DNA of 26,377 nucleotides from a candidate division WOR-3 bacterium (GCA_039801225.1 JBDRUH010000017.1:1-26377); one strand, 5' to 3'. Shown: positions 9,078-18,210, numbered from the stretch's first letter. The notes: generated by a model from the sequence alone, not told the origin. A program made the numbers and translations.

Positions 9078-10193
9078 ATGGTGAACGGTTCACCGAACAC
9101 GGGGCAGGGCTCTCGCGTTGTAGTAGCGCTCTCCGGTGGGGTTGATTCAGCGGTTGCCGCCCTTTTGTTAAAGGAACAGGGTTGGGAGGTGATTGGCATC
9201 ACACTGCGGCTGTATGACGAGGAAATTGAACGGAAGGACGGAAGGGGTTGCTGTGGCTCTGAGGCGGTGGCGAGTGCCAAGCGGGTCGCAGCAGCGCTCG
9301 GCATTCCGTTGTTCGTCCGTGACCTAAGAAAGGAGTTCAATCAACTGATAATTGAGCATTTTTGCGAGGAGTATCTAAAGGGAAGAACGCCCAACCCCTG
9401 TATCCGCTGCAACCGGTTAATAAAGTTTCCTGTGCTCCAGCGACTGGCAAGACAGTTAGATGCCGCATTCATCGCCACCGGTCATTATGCCCGGATAAAA
9501 AGGGATGGTAACGGACTCTGGCATCTCTATAAAGGTGTTGATGCCGAGAAGGACCAGTCCTATTTCCTTTATACCCTTACTCAGGAAACGATGGCACACC
9601 TTATTTTACCATTGGGTGATTTAACCAAATCGGCGGTCCGGGAGATTGCCCAGCGGTTTGGGCTGCCCAACTCCATCAGGCGGGAAAGTCAGGACCTGTG
9701 CTTTATCCCTGATGGTGATTATGTCCGATTTCTCAAGGAGCACAAAGCGGTGACGCCTCGCCCTGGTTTAGTTTATGATACCGAAGGCAATGTTCTTGGT
9801 GAGCATCAGGGTATTATTGAGTTCACGATAGGGCAGAGAAAGGGGCTGAAAATCGCCTTTGGTGAAAGGCGGTATGTAACTCGGCTTGAGCCGGAAAGAA
9901 ATGCGGTTATTCTTGGTAGGAAGGAGGATGTTTATCAACGGGTGATAAAGGCAAAGGATGCCTCTTGGGTTTCTGGTGCTCCAATAACAGAGAGTTTTCG
10001 GTGTTATAGCAAAGTTCGCTATCAAGGACCAGGAGGTTGGGCGGTTGTTGAACCTCTTTCTAAAGGACTTGTCCAGGTGGTTTTTGACCAGCCACAATGG
10101 GCGCCCACCCCAGGACAGGCGGTGGTTTTCTACAAAGGTGAGGAAGTTATTGGCGGAGCGACAATCAGTTCACAGCTGACAGCTGACAGCTGA
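9078..10193 (+). CDS. mnmA: tRNA-specific 2-thiouridylase MnmA
   Basis: PP-loop SGGVDS, TPNPCIRCN, ATGHYA, KDQSYFL, ESQDLCF, TIGQRKGL and PTPGQAVVFY. Confidence 0.96.
   Translation: MVNGSPNTGQGSRVVVALSGGVDSAVAALLLKEQGWEVIGITLRLYDEEIERKDGRGCCGSEAVASAKRVAAALGIPLFVRDLRKEFNQLIIEHFCEEYLKGRTPNPCIRCNRLIKFPVLQRLARQLDAAFIATGHYARIKRDGNGLWHLYKGVDAEKDQSYFLYTLTQETMAHLILPLGDLTKSAVREIAQRFGLPNSIRRESQDLCFIPDGDYVRFLKEHKAVTPRPGLVYDTEGNVLGEHQGIIEFTIGQRKGLKIAFGERRYVTRLEPERNAVILGRKEDVYQRVIKAKDASWVSGAPITESFRCYSKVRYQGPGGWAVVEPLSKGLVQVVFDQPQWAPTPGQAVVFYKGEEVIGGATISSQLTADS
10166..10193 (+). repeat. Heptamer repeat (CAGCTGA) forming the mnmA 3' end and stop codon
   Basis: cagttca-cagctga-cagctga-cagctga; the final TGA is the mnmA stop. 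Confidence 0.85.
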
Positions 10194-10206
10194 TAAAGGA
10201 GGTTTT

Positions 10207-11769
10207 ATGGGTTGTTTTTTAGTGGTTATTATCGGATTAGCAGTTTCTTCAAAGGTGGATACAGTTTTTGTGTATCCCAATCAGGTGGTAGTTGTCCGCA
10301 GTGCGACCGTTGATATCAGCGGTGCTGAAGAGCTAATATTTTCTGGACTGCCAGGTGGGATTGACGACAACACCGTACGAGTGCGGGCAACTGGACTTAG
10401 AATAGGTGAGGTCCAGGTGAAGAAAGGCTACCTTGCCGAACCAACACCAGTGGTAAAGCGGCTTGAGGAAAAGGTCCGGTTGTTGGAGGATAGTTTAAAA
10501 ACAATTGAGGACGAGATGCTGGTCTTAAAAGCAAAGGAGGAGTTCTTAAACTCGGTGAAGTTGGGAGCACCCGAAATAATCGCCAAGGAGTTACAACAGG
10601 GTAAAGTTGCACCCGAATCCTGGCGCGGGGCACTACATTTCATCGCCGATGAATTAGGAAGGGTTAAGATGCAGGCGCTTACCCTGAGCCGTAGACAGGA
10701 GGAAACAAAGAAGCGACTGGAGGCGGCGCGAAAGGAGTTACAGGAGGCTCGGGCGCTAATTGAAAACCGCAAAGAGATCCGGGTTGAGGTTGATGGTGAA
10801 CCAGGCACATATCGGTTAGCCCTTTCCTATGCGCTTCCTCGGGCAGCTGACTGGCGTCCTTATTACGAGTTGCGGGCAAAACCCGGCTCAGAAGCGGTGG
10901 AACTTACCTATTTTGCTAAGGTCTCCCAGCGCACTGGCGAGGACTGGGAAAATGTTAAACTTATCCTTTCCACCGCCACACCTTCAAGAGAGGTGCGACC
11001 GCCTGAGCCCCGTCCGTGGTTTCTGAAACTGATAGAGGAGGTATTTCAGAGAAAGATGATGCCTGCCCCGGGTGGCGTGATGGCTGAGAGGGCGATACCA
11101 GAGGAGGTCGAAGCAGAGGCACCGATGGATGTGATGGCGGTTGAGACCGGCGTCTCACTGCAATATGTCCTTCCAGGAAAGGCGACCCTGAAATCTGGTG
11201 AACCAGAAAAAAAACTTGAACTGAAGGTAGCCACGCTACCAGCCCAATTTGAGCACTACACCTTGCCCCGGTCTCTGGAAAAGACTTTTCTCACCGGTAA
11301 ACTGATGAACACCACCGACTTTATCCTCCTCCCCGGTGATGCCAACACCTATGTCGGCGATGAGTTTACCGGCGGCACTCAACTGCCAGCAGTTGCTCCC
11401 CAAGAATCATTAGGGTTGGGCTTTGGTGTTGACGAACGAGTGAAAGTCAAACGGGAATTGGTGAAAACCTTCAAGTCCGGAAGCGGCGTTCTAAGCAAAA
11501 CCGAAAGGGTGCAGTTTGTTTATCGCACTACGGTAGAGAATTACCATCCCAAACAGATAAAAATCAAAATACTGGAACAGGTTCCAGTGTCCCAAGAGAA
11601 GGAGATTAAGGTAACGGTAACGAAGATTGAGCCAAAGTTCTCAGAAAGGGATCAGGAGAAAGGAATATTCACCTATTATGTGGAACTCAAACCCAAAGAG
11701 CGGTTTGAGATAAACCTTGAGTTCTTCGTTGAATATCCGGCAGGAAAGAAGGTCGGCGGACTTTACTGA
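10207..11769 (+). CDS. DUF4140/DUF4139 (mucoidy inhibitor MuiA-like) family protein
   Basis: VDTVFVYPNQVVVVR N-terminus, coiled coil, ADWRPYYELR, QRTGEDWENVKLILSTATP, LGFGVDERVKVKR; AAGGAGG RBS. Confidence 0.85.
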   Translation: MGCFLVVIIGLAVSSKVDTVFVYPNQVVVVRSATVDISGAEELIFSGLPGGIDDNTVRVRATGLRIGEVQVKKGYLAEPTPVVKRLEEKVRLLEDSLKTIEDEMLVLKAKEEFLNSVKLGAPEIIAKELQQGKVAPESWRGALHFIADELGRVKMQALTLSRRQEETKKRLEAARKELQEARALIENRKEIRVEVDGEPGTYRLALSYALPRAADWRPYYELRAKPGSEAVELTYFAKVSQRTGEDWENVKLILSTATPSREVRPPEPRPWFLKLIEEVFQRKMMPAPGGVMAERAIPEEVEAEAPMDVMAVETGVSLQYVLPGKATLKSGEPEKKLELKVATLPAQFEHYTLPRSLEKTFLTGKLMNTTDFILLPGDANTYVGDEFTGGTQLPAVAPQESLGLGFGVDERVKVKRELVKTFKSGSGVLSKTERVQFVYRTTVENYHPKQIKIKILEQVPVSQEKEIKVTVTKIEPKFSERDQEKGIFTYYVELKPKERFEINLEFFVEYPAGKKVGGLY

Positions 11770-11831
11770 TAACGATAATAATCCGTGACCCGCGACCGTT
11801 TACCGTGAGAGTGAAAAGGGCAGACGGAATA

Positions 11832-13130
11832 ATGATGCCGGTTACGGTTATTGGTGCCGGACTTGCAGGCTGCGAAGCGGCACTGCAGTGCGCCCGGCAG
11901 GGGGTGCCGGTCCGGCTTTACGAGATGCGCCCGAAGATTATGACCCCGGCGCATCAAACTGGAGAAGTTGCCGAACTGGTCTGTTCCAACTCCTTAAAAT
12001 CGGAAGAGATTACCAACGCCCATGGATTATTAAAAGCGGAACTGAAAATCTACGGCTCATTCCTGCTGCAGTGTGCCGAAAGGGCAAAAATTCCCGGCGG
12101 CAAGGCGTTAGTTGTTGACCGGAGGCGCTTCTCCGAAGAGGTGACAAATGAGTTGACTCGGAGAGAAGTAGAAATTGTTCGGGAGGAGGTGAAAGAAGTT
12201 CCGGATGCAATTACAATTATCGCTACCGGACCACTAACTTCTGAGGCGATGGCTCAGGAGATGAAGAACATTTTAGGGACAAACCACCTCTTCTATTACG
12301 ATGCGATTGCGCCAATTGTTGCTGCCGAATCCCTGAATATGGAAAAAATGTTTTGGGCTTCCCGCTATGGCAAAGGCAACGATTACCTCAATGCCCCTCT
12401 TACCGAAGATGAATACGACCGGCTGGTTGAAGAACTGGCTCGGGCAGAACTACATCCGGTGCACGACTTTGAAAAGATTCCTTTTTTTGAAGGTTGTCTG
12501 CCAATTGAAGAACTGGCGAAAAGAGACCGCCTCGCCTTGGCTTATGGACCGTTAAAACCAGTAGGACTGGTTGACTCCCAAGGCAGAAAGAAAACATTTG
12601 CCGTTGTCCAGTTGCGAAAAGAAAATGCCGCCGGCACGATGTTTAACCTGGTTGGGTTTCAGACCCGGCTGCGTCGCGCCGAACAGGAGCGGGTCTTCCG
12701 AATGATTCCTGGGCTGGAACAGGCGGTGTTTCTCCGCTACGGTAGCATCCATCGCAACACCTTCCTCAATGCGCCCGCTGTGCTCCTGCCCACCCTTCAG
12801 ACCAAATTCCATAACAACCTCTTTGTGGCTGGACAACTAACCGGTGTCGAAGGTTATGTTGAAGCAATCGCTACCGGGCTTATTGCCGGGATAAATGCGG
12901 CGAAAATCGCCCGGGGAGAAATGCCTGTTACCATTTCAGAAGAAACTATTCTCGGCGCCCTGTTGAATTACATCACCACCCCCCATCCCAATTTTCAGCC
13001 GATGAATGCCAACTTCGGTCTCCTGCCGCCATTATCCCAGCCTGCCCAGGGTCTTAAGAAAAAACTCCTTTTTGCTGCCAGGTCCCTCTCCGCTGTTAGT
13101 GAGTGTTATAAAAATCTCTTTTCTTCTTGA
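11832..13130 (+). CDS. trmFO: Folate/FAD-dependent tRNA (uracil-54)-methyltransferase TrmFO (Gid)
   Basis: GAGLAGCEAA, AELVCSNS, IATGPLTS, FEGCLPIE, GFQTRL, AGQLTGVEGYVE and FQPMNANFG. The start is more likely ATG 11832/11835 than GTG 11805. Confidence 0.95.
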   Translation: MMPVTVIGAGLAGCEAALQCARQGVPVRLYEMRPKIMTPAHQTGEVAELVCSNSLKSEEITNAHGLLKAELKIYGSFLLQCAERAKIPGGKALVVDRRRFSEEVTNELTRREVEIVREEVKEVPDAITIIATGPLTSEAMAQEMKNILGTNHLFYYDAIAPIVAAESLNMEKMFWASRYGKGNDYLNAPLTEDEYDRLVEELARAELHPVHDFEKIPFFEGCLPIEELAKRDRLALAYGPLKPVGLVDSQGRKKTFAVVQLRKENAAGTMFNLVGFQTRLRRAEQERVFRMIPGLEQAVFLRYGSIHRNTFLNAPAVLLPTLQTKFHNNLFVAGQLTGVEGYVEAIATGLIAGINAAKIARGEMPVTISEETILGALLNYITTPHPNFQPMNANFGLLPPLSQPAQGLKKKLLFAARSLSAVSECYKNLFSS

Positions 13131-13155
13131 CAGATAATTTAAATTAATATATATT
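13127..13155 (+). promoter_or_regulatory. Putative sigma70-type promoter overlapping the trmFO stop
   Basis: TTGACA (13127-13132), 17 nt, TATATT (13150-13155). Confidence 0.55.
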
Positions 13156-13268
13156 AGATATATTGCGAAAGTCAAAATGCCACTTTCAAAGAGGAAGATT
13201 TCCTTTCTTCCTCCCTTGTTCACTTTTGGCTTTTGGACTTGAAGGATTTAATATAAAAAGGAGGTCTA

Positions 13269-15065
13269 ATGATAGTTGCGCTAGTTAGTGCGCTATTTTT
13301 TGCGCTCAGTCCTAATGGACTACCTCAAACCACACCACCGTCTTGGGGTGGCGGTGGCCCAGACTCTTTTGGGTATATCTACCTTGACTCGGACACGGTT
13401 TGCCCTGGTGCCCCGACTTACGAATGGATAGATATTAAGAATATCGGAACGAAGGTTACCGGTCTGGCAGATGATAATGTGGTAGGTCCTTTTGATATCG
13501 GTTTCGCTTTCCCCTATTACTGGTATAAGGTCACTCAGGTGTATGTCGGCTCAAACGGCTGTATCGCCTTCCATGACAAACGGCTGAACGCCCACGAATT
13601 TCCACCCATTCCGAGTCCTCGTGGTAGTAATAATACTCTGGCGGCACTGATGTCAGACCTTGACCCATCAGCAGGAGGAACGGTCTGGGTCTGGACCAGT
13701 TCGGATAACGATACATTCATCGTTCAATACGACAGCGTTCCCTTCTGGTCAACCGGAGGCAGGAATACATTTCAGATAATCCTTTCCTTGCCCGACTCCT
13801 CAATCACCTTCCAGTATAAGGAGCAGAGCGGAACTCCTTATGGTGGCTGGACACCCGAATCCAACCAGTGCGGAATTGAGAACGTTTCCGGGAAAATCGG
13901 GCTGAACTACCTTTCCGGCAATATACCGCCGGGCAATATGTATCATGCGGACCTGGCGGTAAAGTTCATTCCACCCGAATCAACCACCTACGAGGTGCAC
14001 GACGCTTGTGTCCGGAATGCTATGAATGAGAATTCCGGTGGCATTTTTGTTTTAAGAAATACGCCCATCACCTTCTGGGGGATTTACCAGAATACCGGCA
14101 ACAAACCTGAAGGTTCATTCACCGCGGTTGCAAGAGTTCGCAACCTTTCTGGCGCGGTTATGTTCATTGACTCAACAACAGTTCAGCCGCTTGACCCTGG
14201 TGCGACTGACTCGGTTGTATTTCCAAACACCTGGACCCCCACTACGAATGGCACCTTTGTAATTCAGGTGATTGCCAAACTGCCAAATGATGCGGTGCCG
14301 ATAAATGATACCGCCAACATAGAGTTAAGGGTTGTCACCCTGCCAGCAACACTCACCTACGACCGGGGGACGCCAAGCACCTTCTACTCCTGGAATGGAC
14401 CGGGTGGATATGGCGCCCGGTTTGTGCCACCGGTTTATCCCTGCACCATTACTACTGCCCGGGTTTATATGCAGGCGGCAACATCCACCCCCTGTGCGAT
14501 TGGTATATTTGATGACAATGGTATCGGCGGTAGCCCAGGAGATACACTATTTATCGCTACGGTGGATGTTAGCACCCAAGACTGGTATGCGGTTCATCCC
14601 AACCCGCCGGTAGTGATTGAGGATGGTGCATTCTTCGTCGGGGCAATTTCGGCTGTTCCCAGCGCGCCTGGTTTCGGTATGGACTCTGTGCCACCAATCT
14701 CCTTCCAGTCCTGGGAGTTCACCACCGGCTGGTCACCTTCGCGCAATGCCGATGTCCACGATGTGATGGCGAACGCAATAATTCATGAGCAGGTGGGGAT
14801 AACAGAACTTCTTCCCGAGAAGATTCATCGCCCACCGCGGCTTGAAGTTTCCGCCAATCCGGTATCCCAGAGCGTTCGGTTTATGCTCGGTGTTCCAATC
14901 TCGGCGCGGGTTGAAGTTTTTGACGCCACCGGCAGAACGGTCCAAGAGGTAATGCTTCAGGATGGTGTCGGTATTCTTGACACCCGCGAAATGGCACCGG
15001 GTATCTACTTCGCCCGTGTGGCAAATAATGGCTCGTCAGTCGCGAAGTTGATTATCGCCAAGTAA
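13269..15065 (+). CDS. Secreted/surface protein with beta-sandwich (CARDB-like) domains and a T9SS type A-like CTD
   Basis: Signal peptide, GGPDSFGYIYLDSD N-terminal domain, CARDB-like segment (NTGN...LDPGATDSVVF...WTP...NDT), CTD motifs VFDATGRTV, MAPGIYFARV and KLIIAK; AAGGAGG RBS. Confidence 0.75.
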   Translation: MIVALVSALFFALSPNGLPQTTPPSWGGGGPDSFGYIYLDSDTVCPGAPTYEWIDIKNIGTKVTGLADDNVVGPFDIGFAFPYYWYKVTQVYVGSNGCIAFHDKRLNAHEFPPIPSPRGSNNTLAALMSDLDPSAGGTVWVWTSSDNDTFIVQYDSVPFWSTGGRNTFQIILSLPDSSITFQYKEQSGTPYGGWTPESNQCGIENVSGKIGLNYLSGNIPPGNMYHADLAVKFIPPESTTYEVHDACVRNAMNENSGGIFVLRNTPITFWGIYQNTGNKPEGSFTAVARVRNLSGAVMFIDSTTVQPLDPGATDSVVFPNTWTPTTNGTFVIQVIAKLPNDAVPINDTANIELRVVTLPATLTYDRGTPSTFYSWNGPGGYGARFVPPVYPCTITTARVYMQAATSTPCAIGIFDDNGIGGSPGDTLFIATVDVSTQDWYAVHPNPPVVIEDGAFFVGAISAVPSAPGFGMDSVPPISFQSWEFTTGWSPSRNADVHDVMANAIIHEQVGITELLPEKIHRPPRLEVSANPVSQSVRFMLGVPISARVEVFDATGRTVQEVMLQDGVGILDTREMAPGIYFARVANNGSSVAKLIIAK

Positions 15066-15084
15066 GAATAATAGACCGCAAACG

Positions 15085-15118
15085 AATCTGGCGTCCGTCA
15101 TCGGACGCCAGATTTTTT
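15085..15118 (+). terminator. Intrinsic terminator
   Basis: Perfect 13-bp stem aatctggcgtccg / cggacgccagatt with a 4-nt loop, followed by a T run, about 20 nt after the stop. Confidence 0.9.
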
Positions 15119-15143
15119 CTACTAAACTTTAATCACGGGCAAA

Positions 15144-15220
15144 CAAGGTTAAAGCCTGCCCTGAACAAAGGGATTCCTCGGCAAGCTCGGAATGACGGAG
15201 CCGAGGGGCTTGCCCTATAC
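15144..15220 (+). repeat. Composite intergenic repeat: CGTC-type copy flanked by GTAG-REP-like halves
   Basis: 15171-15210 is identical (40/40) to 19749-19788; flanked by caaggttaaagcctgccct and tgccctatac. Confidence 0.85.
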
Positions 15221-15240
15221 AAAATCTAATTAGGTTTTAT

Positions 15241-15993
15241 TCAACGGCGTTTGATTTCCAGATGAAATTGGGCATAGTCGGTGATGAGTTTTAAGAGAAC
15301 CTGGGAAATTTCTTGGTCAAGGAGTTGACCGCCCGCGGTGTGAAGAAGGACTTTGAGAATTTGAATTTCTTCCAAGGAAAGCGCAATTTTTGTGGGGGTG
15401 GAACAGATTGAGCAGACAACACCGCCTTTGGGGATGTCAAAGCCAATGCTGGTGTTTTCCCGTAGGGGTAATTCACGAATTCCCTCTACATCAAGAGGAT
15501 TGTGGCATATTACGCAGGACTGGAGTTGCGGTCTGAAGCCTAAAAATGAAGCGGCTTTGAGGAGAAATGAGCCCTTTAACGCAGAGTAGTCGGTTGGGGT
15601 TTTAGAGGCGTGAGCGAGGGCACTAAGGGTGTTTTTTAGTAGTTGAAATATGCGCTGCTCCGGGTTACGATGGACAAGGACAGAGAGGAGGAAGTTGACA
15701 ATCTCTCCGGCGGTGCGGTAGCGGGAGTAGTCCAAAGCGATGCCGGTGTGGGCGTCAATGAGTTCCGCTTCACCAATGGTGCAAAGGTCACGATTCTCTC
15801 TGAGATAGAGAAGGAGTTGGGAGTGGGCAAATAGGTCAAGCGCTGACGCATAGGGATTTTTCGGACGACGCGCACCCCGGGCAATTCCTTTAATAAGTCC
15901 GAACCCGGGTGTCAGTAGAGTGACAATTTTGGAGGTTTCCCGCCAGTTACGCGACCGCAGGCAGATGGCTTCAGTTTTGAGGATATGGGGCAT
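15241..15993 (-). CDS. recO: DNA repair protein RecO
   Basis: KTEAICLR...ETSKIVTLLT...GIARGARRPK OB-fold N-terminus, LGFRPQL, and a CxxC...CxxC zinc finger (CVIC / CSIC). Confidence 0.93.
   Translation of the reverse strand: MPHILKTEAICLRSRNWRETSKIVTLLTPGFGLIKGIARGARRPKNPYASALDLFAHSQLLLYLRENRDLCTIGEAELIDAHTGIALDYSRYRTAGEIVNFLLSVLVHRNPEQRIFQLLKNTLSALAHASKTPTDYSALKGSFLLKAASFLGFRPQLQSCVICHNPLDVEGIRELPLRENTSIGFDIPKGGVVCSICSTPTKIALSLEEIQILKVLLHTAGGQLLDQEISQVLLKLITDYAQFHLEIKRR
15462..15489. repeat. GTAG-type REP-like palindrome inside recO
   Basis: gtaggggtaattcacgaattccctctac: 28 nt, GTAG on both strands, 11 of 14 positions Watson-Crick paired; read in recO as VEGIRELPL. Confidence 0.75.
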
Positions 15994-16920
15994 TTAGTCT
16001 TCCGAGCGAATCTCGCCGATTAGTTCTTCAATCAGGTCTTCAAGGGTGACAATCCCGGTGATTTTCCCGATTGAGTTTTCTACCACCACCAGATGTTCAC
16101 CCCGGCGCTGCATCTTTCGGAGAACCTGTATTGCCCGGGTGTTTTCGTTAACCCTCTCTACAGGTCGCACTCTACCCTTTAAATCCGAGAGTCCACCTTC
16201 AACAAAAAGGAGATCCTTAGCAATAATGAGACCGATGATATTATCTTTCTGCCCTTCATACACTGGAATCCGGCTATAGCCAAACTCTTTGAGTAGCGAA
16301 AGGATTTGGCTTTTGTCGGCACCAATCGGCACAGATTTAACCTGTTTAATAGGCATAGCCACATCCTTTACCGGCATTGCTGAAAAGTTAAAGAGACGGG
16401 CGACCATATTGGCAGTTTGTGGTTTTCTCTCGCGTTGAGCTATCGCAAAAAGAAAGTCCTGGCGCGAGATGCTGAGGCGTGAGGTCTTGGGGAAGATAAG
16501 TCCGAGCAGATAGGTGAGTGGGGCAAATAAAAAACGGCTGAAGTTTAATATAAACGCCATAGAACGAAGCCAGAAGGAGGGAATCACCTGAGCTATAGCC
16601 TTGGGCAGGTAGTCGCCTTGAACGAGGAGAAGAAGGGTGGTTAGCAGAATCGCCCCGGGGGTTATAGCCGCTCCAAACTCCCGGATAAAGTAGTGCTCAA
16701 TGAGTATGGTAGCAAATACTGAACAGAGGTTGGTTCCTACCAAAGTAGTTATGAGAGTTATCTCTCTTTTCCTTAAGGCAGCAAGTGCCTGATGGGCACC
16801 AGAAATGTGCTTTTTCAGCCAGGTGGTAAGCCTAATCCAGTTGACATTGTAAAGGGCGGTTTCTGACCCCGCATATATACCCGTGAGAATAACCAAGAGG
16901 ATACCGGCAAGGAGTTCCAT
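15994..16920 (-). CDS. CNNM/CorB-CorC (hemolysin family) protein: DUF21 plus CBS pair, no C-terminal CorC_HlyC domain
   Basis: AGSETALY, LVGTNL, GDYLPKAIA, GYSRIPVY, GIVTLEDLIEELIGEI; ends right after the CBS pair. Confidence 0.88.
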   Translation of the reverse strand: MELLAGILLVILTGIYAGSETALYNVNWIRLTTWLKKHISGAHQALAALRKREITLITTLVGTNLCSVFATILIEHYFIREFGAAITPGAILLTTLLLLVQGDYLPKAIAQVIPSFWLRSMAFILNFSRFLFAPLTYLLGLIFPKTSRLSISRQDFLFAIAQRERKPQTANMVARLFNFSAMPVKDVAMPIKQVKSVPIGADKSQILSLLKEFGYSRIPVYEGQKDNIIGLIIAKDLLFVEGGLSDLKGRVRPVERVNENTRAIQVLRKMQRRGEHLVVVENSIGKITGIVTLEDLIEELIGEIRSED

Positions 16921-16930
16921 AATAGAATGT

Positions 16931-16958
16931 CAAAAGCCAAAAGCCAAAAGCCAAATTT
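16931..16958 (+). repeat. Heptamer tandem repeat (CAAAAGC)x3 between the two CNNM genes
   Basis: caaaagc-caaaagc-caaaagc-caaattt; the complementary unit cttttgg x2 occurs at 13223-13236. Confidence 0.8.
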
Positions 16959-16976
16959 GAGATTTGACTTTAGCCA

Positions 16977-18197
16977 TTAGTTGTTGCCTTTTGTCTTAAT
17001 TAGGACCTTTTTCAGTTTATGTCCGGACATCGCCTGAATTAGAATCTCCATATCGCGAAATTCCAGCCGGTCGCCGGCAACGGGTAGCCTGCCCAGCCGG
17101 TCATGGATAAAGGCGGAAAGGCGCTCAAACTGGACTCCGGCGAAGGCATTATTAAAAAGGCGATTAAGGGTGGCGAGGTCAATTTCGCCGTCAACAAGGA
17201 ACTTGCCCTCGGCTAATTTTTCATAGGGAAGTTCTTCGGCGTGGTCAAACTCGTCGGCAATCTCGCCCAATATTGCCTCAAGGAGGTCTTCAAGTGTTAC
17301 CAGCCCAGCGGTCTGACCGAACTCATCAACAACAATGGCAATGTGGGAATTCTTCCGGCGTAACTCATTAAGGAGGGGTAAGAGGCGTTTGACCTCAGGG
17401 ACAAAATAAGGCAAACGGGCAATGGTAATAGCCTTTGCTTCAGGGTTTTCGGCGGTGAGAAGTTCTTTGGCATAAACAACGCCGACGATATTATCAACCG
17501 CCCCCTCGTAGAGGGGCACACGGGAAAAACCCGTCTCCCGGCATAATGAAAGTGCCTCGGTAATAGTGGCAGAACTTGACAGTGCCACAATGTCACTGCG
17601 CGGCGTCATAATCTCCGAAACGGTTCGTTTATCAAAGTCAATCAGATTGCGGAGTATCTCCTCTTCGCCACCGGGGAATATCCCCGCACCTTTTCCGACT
17701 TCTATCATCGTATAGAGTTCTTCGTCACTTAATTGTTGAGGCTCTTTGGGCAGGAAGGTGAGAAGACGGGAAAGTTTATTTAATAGAAATGTGAAGGGAA
17801 AAAAGATTGTCTGAAAGAAATTAACCGGTAGGGCAACAAAATGGCTAAATTTCTCCGGGCGTTTACTGGCAAATAACTTTGGCGAAATTTCACCGGCGAA
17901 AAGAAGGAAAATTGTCATAACCAGCCCACCGAGGGACAAAAGCCGGGACGGGGGAATTTTGAGATTTTGGGCGATATTGACGAGAAACAGGGTGAACAAA
18001 GCGGTGGCGGTGGTATTAACTATTAGATTGCCAATGAGGAGTGTCCCTAAAAGCCTCTGGGGATGGGATATTAATTTTTTGACTAAAGGATGGGCGCTTC
18101 TCTGCCACGAGGTTAGAGAGAAAAAAGCTGCCTCAGAGCCAGAAAAAAAAGCCGAGAGAATAATAGAGAGAAAGATAGCACCAAGAAGCCAGAACAT
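16977..18197 (-). CDS. CNNM/CorB-CorC (hemolysin family, GldE-like) protein
   Basis: SAFFSGSEAAFFS, LLIGNLIVN, GEISPK, IMTPRSDI, FSRVPLY, VVDEFGQTAGLVTLED and a C-terminal CorC_HlyC domain. Confidence 0.92.
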   Translation of the reverse strand: MFWLLGAIFLSIILSAFFSGSEAAFFSLTSWQRSAHPLVKKLISHPQRLLGTLLIGNLIVNTTATALFTLFLVNIAQNLKIPPSRLLSLGGLVMTIFLLFAGEISPKLFASKRPEKFSHFVALPVNFFQTIFFPFTFLLNKLSRLLTFLPKEPQQLSDEELYTMIEVGKGAGIFPGGEEEILRNLIDFDKRTVSEIMTPRSDIVALSSSATITEALSLCRETGFSRVPLYEGAVDNIVGVVYAKELLTAENPEAKAITIARLPYFVPEVKRLLPLLNELRRKNSHIAIVVDEFGQTAGLVTLEDLLEAILGEIADEFDHAEELPYEKLAEGKFLVDGEIDLATLNRLFNNAFAGVQFERLSAFIHDRLGRLPVAGDRLEFRDMEILIQAMSGHKLKKVLIKTKGNN

Positions 18198-18210
18198 CGG
18201 CGGATATAGA

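Noticed and set aside
16156..16175. ctctacaggtcgcactctac in the short CNNM gene as another GTAG REP
   Set aside because: The CTCTAC copies are direct rather than inverted, there is no hairpin, and the sequence encodes the normal CBS-linker RPV motif.
15994..16920. Short CNNM paralogue as a pseudogene
   Set aside because: The frame is intact with conserved motifs and its stop abuts the recO ATG; CNNM proteins lacking the last domain are common.
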